A stretch of 57,136 nt of DNA, the filler included, from Stramenopiles sp. TOSAG23-6 (Eukaryota): assembly GCA_900128565.1 (NCBI GenBank). It is 2 parts of 2 records of this genome, joined end to end, with 100 filler letters (N's around TTAATTAATTAA, not from the genome) between each part and the next. Parts side by side here need not be neighbours in the genome. Positions count along the whole stretch, not along the records: positions 28,783 to 57,136 come from LT635977.1; 1 more part is not named here. One strand, 5' to 3'. A model generated the notes under the pieces. The model saw only the letters and a program-made list of their open reading frames with translations, had not been told where the DNA came from and made no database searches. Made by a program: the position numbers and the translations under genes. Shown here one piece after another: positions 35,563 through 45,155 of this stretch. Positions within the stretch are counted from its first letter, which is position 1, and each line of letters starts with the position of its first letter.

Positions 35563-36248
35563 TCACCATGTACAAGGAACCGGCCAAAACCACAGATTAC
35601 AAAGAATTGGCCAATTTTCATCATTAGGACTACTAGGGTTAGGGTTATATGTGGCTTTATTGTCATTATACTGTGACGGAGATAATTTTGATTTGTTTGA
35701 CTGGTGTAATCTATCGAGATAATCTTCAATCACTGCAACATTTATTGTTTTTTTTCCAAAAAAAAAAAAAAAATCGTTAGGCAAAAAATTTAGTACGAAC
35801 GAAAAAATAAATTCAAAAAGTGAAAACGTACATCATCAAGAGCACCAGCTGAGATTAACAATCTTACTATTTCAGAGTGGCCATTATTTGCAGCCCATAG
35901 CAAAGCAGACTGATTGTTATGATCTTTTGCATTGCAAGAAGCTCCAGCCTGCAACAAAAGATTTACTGTGCGAATATAACCGTGTCGCGCTGCCCAAAGG
36001 AGCTTGATATCCAGTAGATGTGGTGCAAGTTTTTCATTGACTGTTTCGTCTGATTTCAGCTTCTCCAAAGTTCTGAATGTTGGATTTGTTGGATTTGTTG
36101 GATTTGTTGCATTTGTTCTAATTGCCAGTTTTGAAGGTTTTGAACTTGAGTGTCCACGAATTGCAGAAATGGTTACCGTTGGAATGGTTAATAAAATTAC
36201 AATACACACAACGAAACAATGCCTTGTGATGACAAGAAGATGAGCCAT
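35563..36248 (-). CDS. Small ankyrin-repeat protein with N-terminal signal/TM (~197 aa); join(35832..36248,35563..35739)
   Basis: LLWAARHGYIRTVNLLLQAGA and SALLWAANNGHSEIVRLLISAGA. Intron GAT|gtacgt...caataaat|GTT. The 3' end is uncertain. Confidence 0.7.
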
Positions 36249-36691
36249 ACGTAACTAAAATGTGTTTTGTTCTTTCTCTCGTCTTGCAATTACTAATAGA
36301 TACCGATATAGACTACTTGAATGTTCAAATCGGGAATGTTAATACTGGGTTCACAATAGTTTATGTTCGTTGAGCAAGAGTTGAGAATTTAATGATTTTT
36401 ACTGCTGCTGTCATTAACTCGAACTTGAGTGTTGACATCAACACAAACAAACACAAAACAAAAACAAAAAACAAATCAAAAATTATTTTTCTTGTTTTTT
36501 CGTGACTTTTTTTTTCTTTTTTTCACTAAAGATACCCGGTACTAGTTATCACCATGAAAATTCACACGATTGAGATGCACACGCGTAGAAATTTAGGTAT
36601 CAAATTCTTATACGAAAATATGGAACTGAACATAAACTTTGACTACGTACACAATCAACATATATACAGATATATCGTTTGTATAATCAGA

Positions 36692-37654
36692 ATGGCGGCC
36701 GAAAGTACTGATAATGATCACGATGAGCCAACTGGTGTATTTCGCAATGCTACTGAGGAAGAACACATGAGTAAGTGTCGTTACTATAAACAGCGTTTTC
36801 CAGAAGTTGAAACGTTGGTAATGGTAAACGTTAAAAAAGTCGAGGCATTGGGAGCTTACGTCTCGTTAATGGAGTACAACAATATTGAAGGTATGGTTCT
36901 TCTTTCAGAGCTTTCACGCAGACGTATTCGATCAATCAACAAACTCATTCGTGTAAACAGACAAGAGGTGGTATTGGTACTTCGTGTTGACAAGGAAAAG
37001 GGATATGTGGATTTGTCTAAACGCCGTGTCCCTGCAGAGGATGTCGCTAAATTCACTGCCCGCTACAACAAGTCTAAGACAGTACATAGTGTTTTGTTGA
37101 ACGTTGCTAGAAAGTGCAAAGTGTACATCGAAGACCTCTATAAGAATATTGCATGGCCATTGTCTAAAAAGTACGGTCATGCATTCGATGCTCTTAAAGT
37201 TGCGGTTACAGATCCAGAAAACGTCTTCAGAGGTTTGGATATTCCAGAAAACATCATGAGAGCTCTTATGAAGGACGTCAACCGCAAACTTGCTGCAAAA
37301 GCGATTAAAGTCCGTGCAGATATTGAACTTACATGTTTTACAGTAGAAGGTATTGACGCAATCAAAGCTGCACTTTCTGCGGGAAAGACAATTTCAAAGA
37401 CTGAAAGCATGTCAATCAAATTAGTTGCTCCCCCATTGTATGTTATGCAATTGAACACGCTTGATAAAAATGCTGGTATTGAAACCTTGAATAAATCGAT
37501 TGAAAAGGTCAAAGAAGTGATTACTGAAAAGGGTGGAAGTATTAATGTTAAAGTTGCACCACATGCGACAAATAATGAACAGGACGCTGAGTTGCATGAA
37601 ACTATGATGGCCCTTGCAAAGGCGAATATGGAGGTTGATGGTGATGCTGAATGA
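36692..37654 (+). CDS. EIF2S1: Translation initiation factor eIF2 alpha (320 aa)
   Basis: CRYY...FPEVE.LVMVNV, EYNNIEGMVLLSELSRRRIRSINKLIRV (Ser51 site), RVDKEKGYVDLSKRRV, IKLVAPPLYV. Confidence 0.96.
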   Translation: MAAESTDNDHDEPTGVFRNATEEEHMSKCRYYKQRFPEVETLVMVNVKKVEALGAYVSLMEYNNIEGMVLLSELSRRRIRSINKLIRVNRQEVVLVLRVDKEKGYVDLSKRRVPAEDVAKFTARYNKSKTVHSVLLNVARKCKVYIEDLYKNIAWPLSKKYGHAFDALKVAVTDPENVFRGLDIPENIMRALMKDVNRKLAAKAIKVRADIELTCFTVEGIDAIKAALSAGKTISKTESMSIKLVAPPLYVMQLNTLDKNAGIETLNKSIEKVKEVITEKGGSINVKVAPHATNNEQDAELHETMMALAKANMEVDGDAE

Positions 37655-38021
37655 ACTATTAACGAATCCTCACTAAGCGCATTCTCATTTGATTTCGCGA
37701 AATGATGTGGTTTGCTTATTCCACATTCGCTTGAGTGACACTCAATCAAGTTAAAACATGGTAGCAAATTGTGTGAATATGGTTTACCTTTTAAATTGTA
37801 TTTGATATAGTTTGATTGAATATAAATAAAAAGAATATTGAAAGATGAGTTTTTTTTCATACGAAATTTTGTACCTAACCAAAAAACAAATTTAATAGTG
37901 TCAGACAATTTCGTATGGATGTTTGTATTTTTTTCAAATACAATTGTACTATACTCTTAGTTTTTTAATAATCTAACTTTTTTATGATTCAGGATGTATT
38001 TATAATATTATATATCAAAAA

Positions 38022-38609
38022 TTACCTCAAATTCGGTTTCCGTTTTCTACTACTTTGGCGTATTGGCTGAACTATTTTTCTAGGTGACTGTGTTTTTGAA
38101 ATTCCTAATTTACTCAAAAGTTCTTTTTCTTTTGCTTTCCTCTTTGCAGCAGCTTCACGGGCTTTCTGTTCGCGAATTATGGAACGCTTTTCTTTTTCCT
38201 CTGCCCTCCGTTGGCGATCAGAGGCAGTTCGAATAAATTTTAACCAACGGCGCCTCTGAGCAGGTGTAGCCATGAGGTCACTTCTAAGCACTAATTCCTC
38301 TAATAATAGTTTCTGTTCCACTGGAATATCAGGAGAACGCACTTTATTTATAAGGTCATTCACCTCTTTTGTCATCACGGTACATTTTTTTTTAATTTCC
38401 TCCATTCTTTCGTTATTCTCTCGTTTTCTTTTTCGTAAAGCTGCAGAACGTTGCTTTGAATTTGGAAGCGGAACAACATGAAAAGCTGACAGTCTATCAA
38501 AAACATCTTGTAGAGAAGTAAATTGAGTCACATGCCGAGGATAATACACATCAACCCAATCGCGTAAGTAAATGTCACCGATGCTAGTTTTAGAGGGAGC
38601 TGTTGACAT
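38022..38609 (-). CDS. Hypothetical basic coiled-coil protein (195 aa)
   Basis: Clean ATG-to-stop ORF, K/R/E-rich; no family recognised. Confidence 0.6.
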   Translation of the reverse strand: MSTAPSKTSIGDIYLRDWVDVYYPRHVTQFTSLQDVFDRLSAFHVVPLPNSKQRSAALRKRKRENNERMEEIKKKCTVMTKEVNDLINKVRSPDIPVEQKLLLEELVLRSDLMATPAQRRRWLKFIRTASDRQRRAEEKEKRSIIREQKAREAAAKRKAKEKELLSKLGISKTQSPRKIVQPIRQSSRKRKPNLR

Positions 38610-38712
38610 TTCAACTCCTTTCCAATGCGTTTCTTAAGATTAGTAAACTTTTGTTACATCGCCGCGAGAATGATGATATTATTTTGACAAAGTTTGACAA
38701 GTTGGTTAGAAT

Positions 38713-38768
38713 TGCCACGTGGCACCAATTTAAATTTCTGTTAACAATGTAACATTAGTCAACTTTAC
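38713..38768 (+). promoter_or_regulatory. Shared upstream element with perfect palindrome TGCCACGTGGCA (G-box/E-box core), copy 1
   Basis: TGCCACGTGGCACCAATTTAAATTTCTGTTA...GTCAACTTTAC, ~120 nt before ATG 38847. Matches 41795..41836. Confidence 0.6.
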
Positions 38769-38846
38769 ACGTAGTACGTACGCTAAAATTTTCTTGATTG
38801 TATGCCAAGATAAATAAATCCACTCTTTAATTTGTCTATTTTGACA

Positions 38847-40763
38847 ATGATGCGATGCGGATTGATATTTTTTATTCTACTTATTCAAAAGCATTCAATT
38901 GGGATAACAGGTCTACATTCTCTTTCTTTCAACCCAGTGTCTTCGTTAGGTTCAGAAAGTGAGCATGAAGTCGCTGACCGTGTTTTGCTTTTATCAAATA
39001 AACTTCAACAATTTCATAGAAAAAAAGAAGCAACTGTTGCTGCCTGGTATGGCGAACAATTGTTTTTAAATTCTCTAGACACGAGAAACGTATCTTCTAG
39101 GGCTGAAAAGATTATACCAATGCCACCAACAAGAATATTATATTTGATTTATAGAAAGTTGCTCCTTCGTTGTCGAATCTGCGAAGCAGCTATACTTGGA
39201 CACAAATTAGAGGAATCATATCATTCATTGCTTGTGGAGATTCATTTTGCAATGATTGCACGACTACAACACGAAGTAGCTGTATCTTCATCGAGTGTCT
39301 TTAGTCGCAAACTTGTCCATTCTTTAATAGCAATTTCTTTTAAATTTCTTGGTGGCTGTACTCCCGAACACTCTAAACCAAACGAAATAAAAATATTTAC
39401 TAGCGGACGTTTTATTTCAGTGACCCACTTTTTGAAGACATTTGGTACCCCTGTATTTCATTTCAAAAAGGCTGCTAGTTCTTCACCAATTTGTCTATCA
39501 GAAGCTGAAGATATTGACGACTTTGAAACAAAAATAGTTGAATCTGCTGCGTTTCATTTAGGAATTCAACACGCACATTGCGTTGAATTATCGACAAGTG
39601 ACACAAAAAGTGAAACACAACACAAAATGAGAGAAAGTGAGGTACAACATAAAATGAGAGACGCATTGACTGTATATTTGAGAGTATTCAATGTGTGTAT
39701 ATCATCTCAATTTCAACATTTCAATTTTGATTCCAAGGGAAATAGATTAGGGTTAGGGTTACACTCTTCTATCTGTTCTTTTGTTGATTGTGAAGAAATT
39801 GTTATAAAAAAAGATTTATTAGACACGAATTTACTCCCAGATGTAATGGGTTCCAAGCAGTTTACATTGTCAGTATTACTCAAAAAGGGAAATTTATTTT
39901 TGACAAGAAATAACATCATCAAAAGTGCAGCTCGGAAAATTATACTTTTACTTCATCAAACAGTGAATATTTCATGTACAAAATCAAAGATAATTAAATC
40001 AATATTTGAAGTTCTTCGAAAGTATAATATTGTATTATGGAAGGATCATTTTCAATTACCTGAACATTATTTAATACGTCTAAGAGCATATCCATGGTGG
40101 ACAGAAAAAATTCAGTTTCAAAATGGAATTTATTGGAGGGAATTACAAAGTATTGTGAATGAACTTGAGTCTAATGCACCAATTATTATAAAAGAATTAA
40201 AGAAGCTTTTGCAATCTTCATTTCAACAAGATGAACCAAAACATAAAGATTCATTATTCTCAGCTGCACTGCTTGATACAGATTTACTGAAGAAAACAAC
40301 GCAAAACAATACAAAACGAAATACCACCAAATCTAGTTGGTCGTCTTTTCTTTTAGCCATTAATGGAGTGTGGAACGAGGAAGCATGTAAAAGAGCTACA
40401 CACGTCTGTAAGATATTACAGAAAACACAATTAATATCAAATCGAAGAGGATGTGTAAATAATCAAAATGTATCGGGCTCTGTGTCATTCCTTAAATTAG
40501 GACCCCGTTCAAGTCTCAAGTTACACACTGGTCCAACAAATTCCCGATTGACGATACATTTACCTCTAATTGTTCCTGAATCATTCATAAGCTCTGAGAG
40601 TACCAGTGGATTGAATGTAGGCTATGAGACAAGGCCATTGCGCGTGGGGAAGGTAGAAGTATGGGATGATTCTTTTGTACATTATGCATGGAATATATCA
40701 ACAATTAAGTCAAGGTATGCTTTAGTTGCGCATATTTGCCACCCTGATATTTTAGAGGATTGA
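38847..40763 (+). CDS. Aspartyl/asparaginyl beta-hydroxylase-domain protein (2OG-Fe(II) oxygenase) with signal-like N-terminus
   Basis: C-terminal SFLKLGPRSSLKLHTGPTNSRLTIHLPLIVP...WDDSFVHYAWN...RYALVAHICHPD. Confidence 0.82.
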   Translation: MMRCGLIFFILLIQKHSIGITGLHSLSFNPVSSLGSESEHEVADRVLLLSNKLQQFHRKKEATVAAWYGEQLFLNSLDTRNVSSRAEKIIPMPPTRILYLIYRKLLLRCRICEAAILGHKLEESYHSLLVEIHFAMIARLQHEVAVSSSSVFSRKLVHSLIAISFKFLGGCTPEHSKPNEIKIFTSGRFISVTHFLKTFGTPVFHFKKAASSSPICLSEAEDIDDFETKIVESAAFHLGIQHAHCVELSTSDTKSETQHKMRESEVQHKMRDALTVYLRVFNVCISSQFQHFNFDSKGNRLGLGLHSSICSFVDCEEIVIKKDLLDTNLLPDVMGSKQFTLSVLLKKGNLFLTRNNIIKSAARKIILLLHQTVNISCTKSKIIKSIFEVLRKYNIVLWKDHFQLPEHYLIRLRAYPWWTEKIQFQNGIYWRELQSIVNELESNAPIIIKELKKLLQSSFQQDEPKHKDSLFSAALLDTDLLKKTTQNNTKRNTTKSSWSSFLLAINGVWNEEACKRATHVCKILQKTQLISNRRGCVNNQNVSGSVSFLKLGPRSSLKLHTGPTNSRLTIHLPLIVPESFISSESTSGLNVGYETRPLRVGKVEVWDDSFVHYAWNISTIKSRYALVAHICHPDILED

Positions 40764-40864
40764 AAAATAAAAACAGTCCAATCACTTTTATTATATCTTT
40801 CTTCACTGTATGAACATTAGGTTTGGAGTTTAGCCAAAACACCGAAATGCAATTAAAGTCATTA

Positions 40865-41671
40865 CTAGCGTCTCCATCTTGTCCCAGCAGCGAATGCCGC
40901 CAACATTCCAGAAATCAGAAGTGCCTCACGACTTCGAAGAAAGTCAAAAGCTGAATCAACAACATATCCAACAAAATCTTGTTCGTTAGATCCTTGTGGA
41001 ACGCGTGCTCCATTATCCGCAGCCTCACCACTGGAACCACCACCACTACCATTACGTAAAAAACCACCATTAAGTGAAAAGGTGTTTAATACATAATAGA
41101 AAAGACGTAACATGCGCTTAGCTTCATCTTTCTGTTCCCGTCTGAAAGAAGGGACACTGCCAACGTTTTCAACGTTTTGTAAATGTCCTTGTGGAGCGAG
41201 TGTTTCGTTTCCACCAAGTTGTAAAGTTGGAATCGTTGCTGGCATAGTATTAATATTCGCCATCATTGGAATGGAAGAAGTTCTAGGAAAGACAGCATTT
41301 CTTTTGTTTGCAAGCGCATTCATTGGGATGGAAACAGTTCTTTCAAGACCTTCATCCAAAGCTTTGTTTCTTCTGTTTTCAATCGCTATCATTGGGATGG
41401 AAGAAGTTCTTAAGAGGAGAGCATTCAAAGCTTCGAGTTTTCTGTTGTTTTTTTCTGCTTCTGCTTCTGCAATCATAATTTTGAGAGCTAGAGCATCTCT
41501 TTCGATGTCCTCTCTTTCGATGTCCTCTCTTTCGATGTCCTCTCTTTCGAGGTTTCCAGACTCTGTCATACCAGGTCCACCATCATCTTGAACTATTCCA
41601 TTACTCATATGAATAGCATTAACAATATATGTAGTAGTCACAACGAGAAAAATGTTGAGAATTAATTTCAT
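40865..41671 (-). CDS. Hypothetical secreted/membrane protein (268 aa) with EREDI x3 and RTSSIPM-like x3 repeats
   Basis: Signal-like MKLILNIFLVV...VNA; 15-nt tandem repeat at ~41494..41551; hydrophobic C-terminus ALLISGMLAAFAAG. Confidence 0.7.
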   Translation of the reverse strand: MKLILNIFLVVTTTYIVNAIHMSNGIVQDDGGPGMTESGNLEREDIEREDIEREDIERDALALKIMIAEAEAEKNNRKLEALNALLLRTSSIPMIAIENRRNKALDEGLERTVSIPMNALANKRNAVFPRTSSIPMMANINTMPATIPTLQLGGNETLAPQGHLQNVENVGSVPSFRREQKDEAKRMLRLFYYVLNTFSLNGGFLRNGSGGGSSGEAADNGARVPQGSNEQDFVGYVVDSAFDFLRSREALLISGMLAAFAAGTRWRR

Positions 41672-41794
41672 GGTAGCATTTCTCTATTGTTTTTTATGCG
41701 GTTTTAATGAAAACGGCATTAAAAAACATAAGATATTAAAAGATATGAATATACTCAGCGTATACGTTATAGTACGGTTGTCAAATACACGAAA

Positions 41795-41836
41795 TGCCAC
41801 GTGGCACTAATTTAAATTTCTGTTAGTCAACTTTAC
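41795..41836 (+). promoter_or_regulatory. Shared upstream element with TGCCACGTGGCA, copy 2
   Basis: TGCCACGTGGCACTAATTTAAATTTCTGTTAGTCAACTTTAC, ~116 nt before ATG 41922. Confidence 0.6.
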
Positions 41837-41921
41837 GTTATGCGTACCTAGGCTATATGAATTTTCAATTATTATTATTGTCCAATCAATCTATATAAAA
41901 AGCAAAAAAGAGTGAAACAAG

Positions 41922-42869
41922 ATGACGCTTAAAAGCCAATATATGGTTGGCCACTTTCATGACTGTAAATTACCAATTTGTAAAGCGTGGGAAAAGTCTT
42001 CTGAAAATACGACTACAGCTTTACGCAAAGATAAAAATACTGGACAATCTATGCAAACATCAACGAAATACACGTTGAAAGGGGGGGAATGTCAAAGTCT
42101 GCCGTATCTCCGTCTCTTTGGATTTTGTCCAGCCCCACAACAACCAGTTGTAAGAGTTCTTGATCTAAACAATAGTGAATCATTCAATGTACGACCTATT
42201 AGTCACGAGAGTCTTTATATATCTCCTACTGCTTCAAAACTATTCTTTGCATATATTTGTCCGAATGCCCTATCAATAGATCAGTGTCAGGATATCCTAA
42301 CGATGGCACAACATCACACAGCTCTTTATGGTTGGAGAACTACTAGACATGTTGAACATAACACTACGGACTTCTCCATCAGGGATTCAATTGGTCTTTT
42401 TCAATATGTTGAACCTATAATTCAAAATGTCATCAATCCAACTCTGAAATCGTTGTTTTTTCCAGACTGCGAAATTACTCTTGATATCGAAGATCTTTTC
42501 ATAGTAAAGTATGATTCTGACGGACAGTCTAAACTTGGAGCTCATCGTGATGGTACATTAATTTCATTTAATATTGCTTTGAATGATCCAAAAGAGTTTT
42601 CAGGTGGAGGTATGTTTTATTTTATTTTTTTTTGAAATTTTTTTTTTTTTATTTTTTTATGGAAAATAAAAAAAAAAAAATTTTGTACCTAACAAATTTT
42701 TTTTTTTTTTCGGTAAAAAAATTTTGAAATATTTTTCCAAAATACAGGGACAACATTTTTAGGAGCTGAGACTACTATTAGACCAAATAATATTGGTGAT
42801 TGTATATCACATTGTGGTAAAATATTACATCAAGGTGAACAAATTTATTCAGGTGTCAGATTTATCTTG
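41922..42869 (+). CDS. Prolyl/lysyl-hydroxylase-like 2OG-Fe(II) oxygenase, 3'-truncated at palindrome centre; join(41922..42609,42748..42869)
   Basis: DLFIVKY...QSKLGAHRDGTLISFNIALND..EFSGGG|TTF...HCGKILHQG..I.SGVRFIL (HxD...H...R). GT-AG intron 42610..42747; next intron starts at 42870. Confidence 0.85.
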
Positions 42870-43049
42870 GTAAGTGTTTCAAAACCCTAACCCTAATAAA
42901 ATGAAAAAAAAAAAATTATGAAATTTTGTACCTAACCAAAAAAAAAAAAAAAAAAAAATATTTTTTTTTTTTTTTTTTTTTGGTTAGGTACAAAATTTCA
43001 TAATTTTTTTTTTTTCATTTTATTAGGGTTAGGGTTTTGAAACACTTAC

Positions 43050-43997
43050 CAAGATAAATCTGACACCTGAATAAATTTGTTCACCTTGATGTAATATTTT
43101 ACCACAATGTGATATACAATCACCAATATTATTTGGTCTAATAGTAGTCTCAGCTCCTAAAAATGTTGTCCCTGTATTTTGGAAAAATATTTCAAAATTT
43201 TTTTACCGAAAAAAAAAAAAAATTTGTTAGGTACAAAATTTTTTTTTTTTTATTTTCCATAAAAAAATAAAAAAAAAAAAATTTCAAAAAAAAATAAAAT
43301 AAAACATACCTCCACCTGAAAACTCTTTTGGATCATTCAAAGCAATATTAAATGAAATTAATGTACCATCACGATGAGCTCCAAGTTTAGACTGTCCGTC
43401 AGAATCATACTTTACTATGAAAAGATCTTCGATATCAAGAGTAATTTCGCAGTCTGGAAAAAACAACGATTTCAGAGTTGGATTGATGACATTTTGAATT
43501 ATAGGTTCAACATATTGAAAAAGACCAATTGAATCCCTGATGGAGAAGTCCGTAGTGTTATGTTCAACATGTCTAGTAGTTCTCCAACCATAAAGAGCTG
43601 TGTGATGTTGTGCCATCGTTAGGATATCCTGACACTGATCTATTGATAGGGCATTCGGACAAATATATGCAAAGAATAGTTTTGAAGCAGTAGGAGATAT
43701 ATAAAGACTCTCGTGACTAATAGGTCGTACATTGAATGATTCACTATTGTTTAGATCAAGAACTCTTACAACTGGTTGTTGTGGGGCTGGACAAAATCCA
43801 AAGAGACGGAGATACGGCAGACTTTGACATTCCCCCCCTTTCAACGTGTATTTCGTTGATGTTTGCATAGATTGTCCAGTATTTTTATCTTTGCGTAAAG
43901 CTGTAGTCGTATTTTCAGAAGACTTTTCCCACGCTTTACAAATTGGTAATTTACAGTCATGAAAGTGGCCAACCATATATTGGCTTTTAAGCGTCAT
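43050..43997 (-). CDS. Mirror copy of the prolyl/lysyl-hydroxylase-like oxygenase
   Basis: Exact reverse complement of 41922..42869. Confidence 0.8.
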
Positions 43998-44247
43998 CTT
44001 GTTTCACTCTTTTTTGCTTTTTATATAGATTGATTGGACAATAATAATAATTGAAAATTCATATAGCCTAGGTACGCATAACGTAAAGTTGACTAACAGA
44101 AATTTAAATTAGTGCCACGTGGCATTTCGTGTATTTGACAACCGTACTATAACGTATACGCTGAGTATATTCATATCTTTTAATATCTTATGTTTTTTAA
44201 TGCCGTTTTCATTAAAACCGCATAAAAAACAATAGAGAAATGCTACC

Positions 44248-45054
44248 ATGAAATTAATTCTCAACATTTTTCTCGTTGTGACTACTACATATATTGTTAA
44301 TGCTATTCATATGAGTAATGGAATAGTTCAAGATGATGGTGGACCTGGTATGACAGAGTCTGGAAACCTCGAAAGAGAGGACATCGAAAGAGAGGACATC
44401 GAAAGAGAGGACATCGAAAGAGATGCTCTAGCTCTCAAAATTATGATTGCAGAAGCAGAAGCAGAAAAAAACAACAGAAAACTCGAAGCTTTGAATGCTC
44501 TCCTCTTAAGAACTTCTTCCATCCCAATGATAGCGATTGAAAACAGAAGAAACAAAGCTTTGGATGAAGGTCTTGAAAGAACTGTTTCCATCCCAATGAA
44601 TGCGCTTGCAAACAAAAGAAATGCTGTCTTTCCTAGAACTTCTTCCATTCCAATGATGGCGAATATTAATACTATGCCAGCAACGATTCCAACTTTACAA
44701 CTTGGTGGAAACGAAACACTCGCTCCACAAGGACATTTACAAAACGTTGAAAACGTTGGCAGTGTCCCTTCTTTCAGACGGGAACAGAAAGATGAAGCTA
44801 AGCGCATGTTACGTCTTTTCTATTATGTATTAAACACCTTTTCACTTAATGGTGGTTTTTTACGTAATGGTAGTGGTGGTGGTTCCAGTGGTGAGGCTGC
44901 GGATAATGGAGCACGCGTTCCACAAGGATCTAACGAACAAGATTTTGTTGGATATGTTGTTGATTCAGCTTTTGACTTTCTTCGAAGTCGTGAGGCACTT
45001 CTGATTTCTGGAATGTTGGCGGCATTCGCTGCTGGGACAAGATGGAGACGCTAG
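44248..45054 (+). CDS. Mirror copy of the hypothetical secreted repeat protein
   Basis: Exact reverse complement of 40865..41671. Confidence 0.65.
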   Translation: MKLILNIFLVVTTTYIVNAIHMSNGIVQDDGGPGMTESGNLEREDIEREDIEREDIERDALALKIMIAEAEAEKNNRKLEALNALLLRTSSIPMIAIENRRNKALDEGLERTVSIPMNALANKRNAVFPRTSSIPMMANINTMPATIPTLQLGGNETLAPQGHLQNVENVGSVPSFRREQKDEAKRMLRLFYYVLNTFSLNGGFLRNGSGGGSSGEAADNGARVPQGSNEQDFVGYVVDSAFDFLRSREALLISGMLAAFAAGTRWRR

Positions 45055-45155
45055 TAATGACTTTAATTGCATTTCGGTGTTTTGGCTAAACTCCAAACCT
45101 AATGTTCATACAGTGAAGAAAGATATAATAAAAGTGATTGGACTGTTTTTATTTT

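Noticed and set aside
36554-36691. N-terminal extensions in the ORF track for eIF2-alpha (and LRR 35087..35266)
   Set aside because: Non-conserved AT-rich leader. Downstream ATGs (36692, 35086) give typical N-termini.
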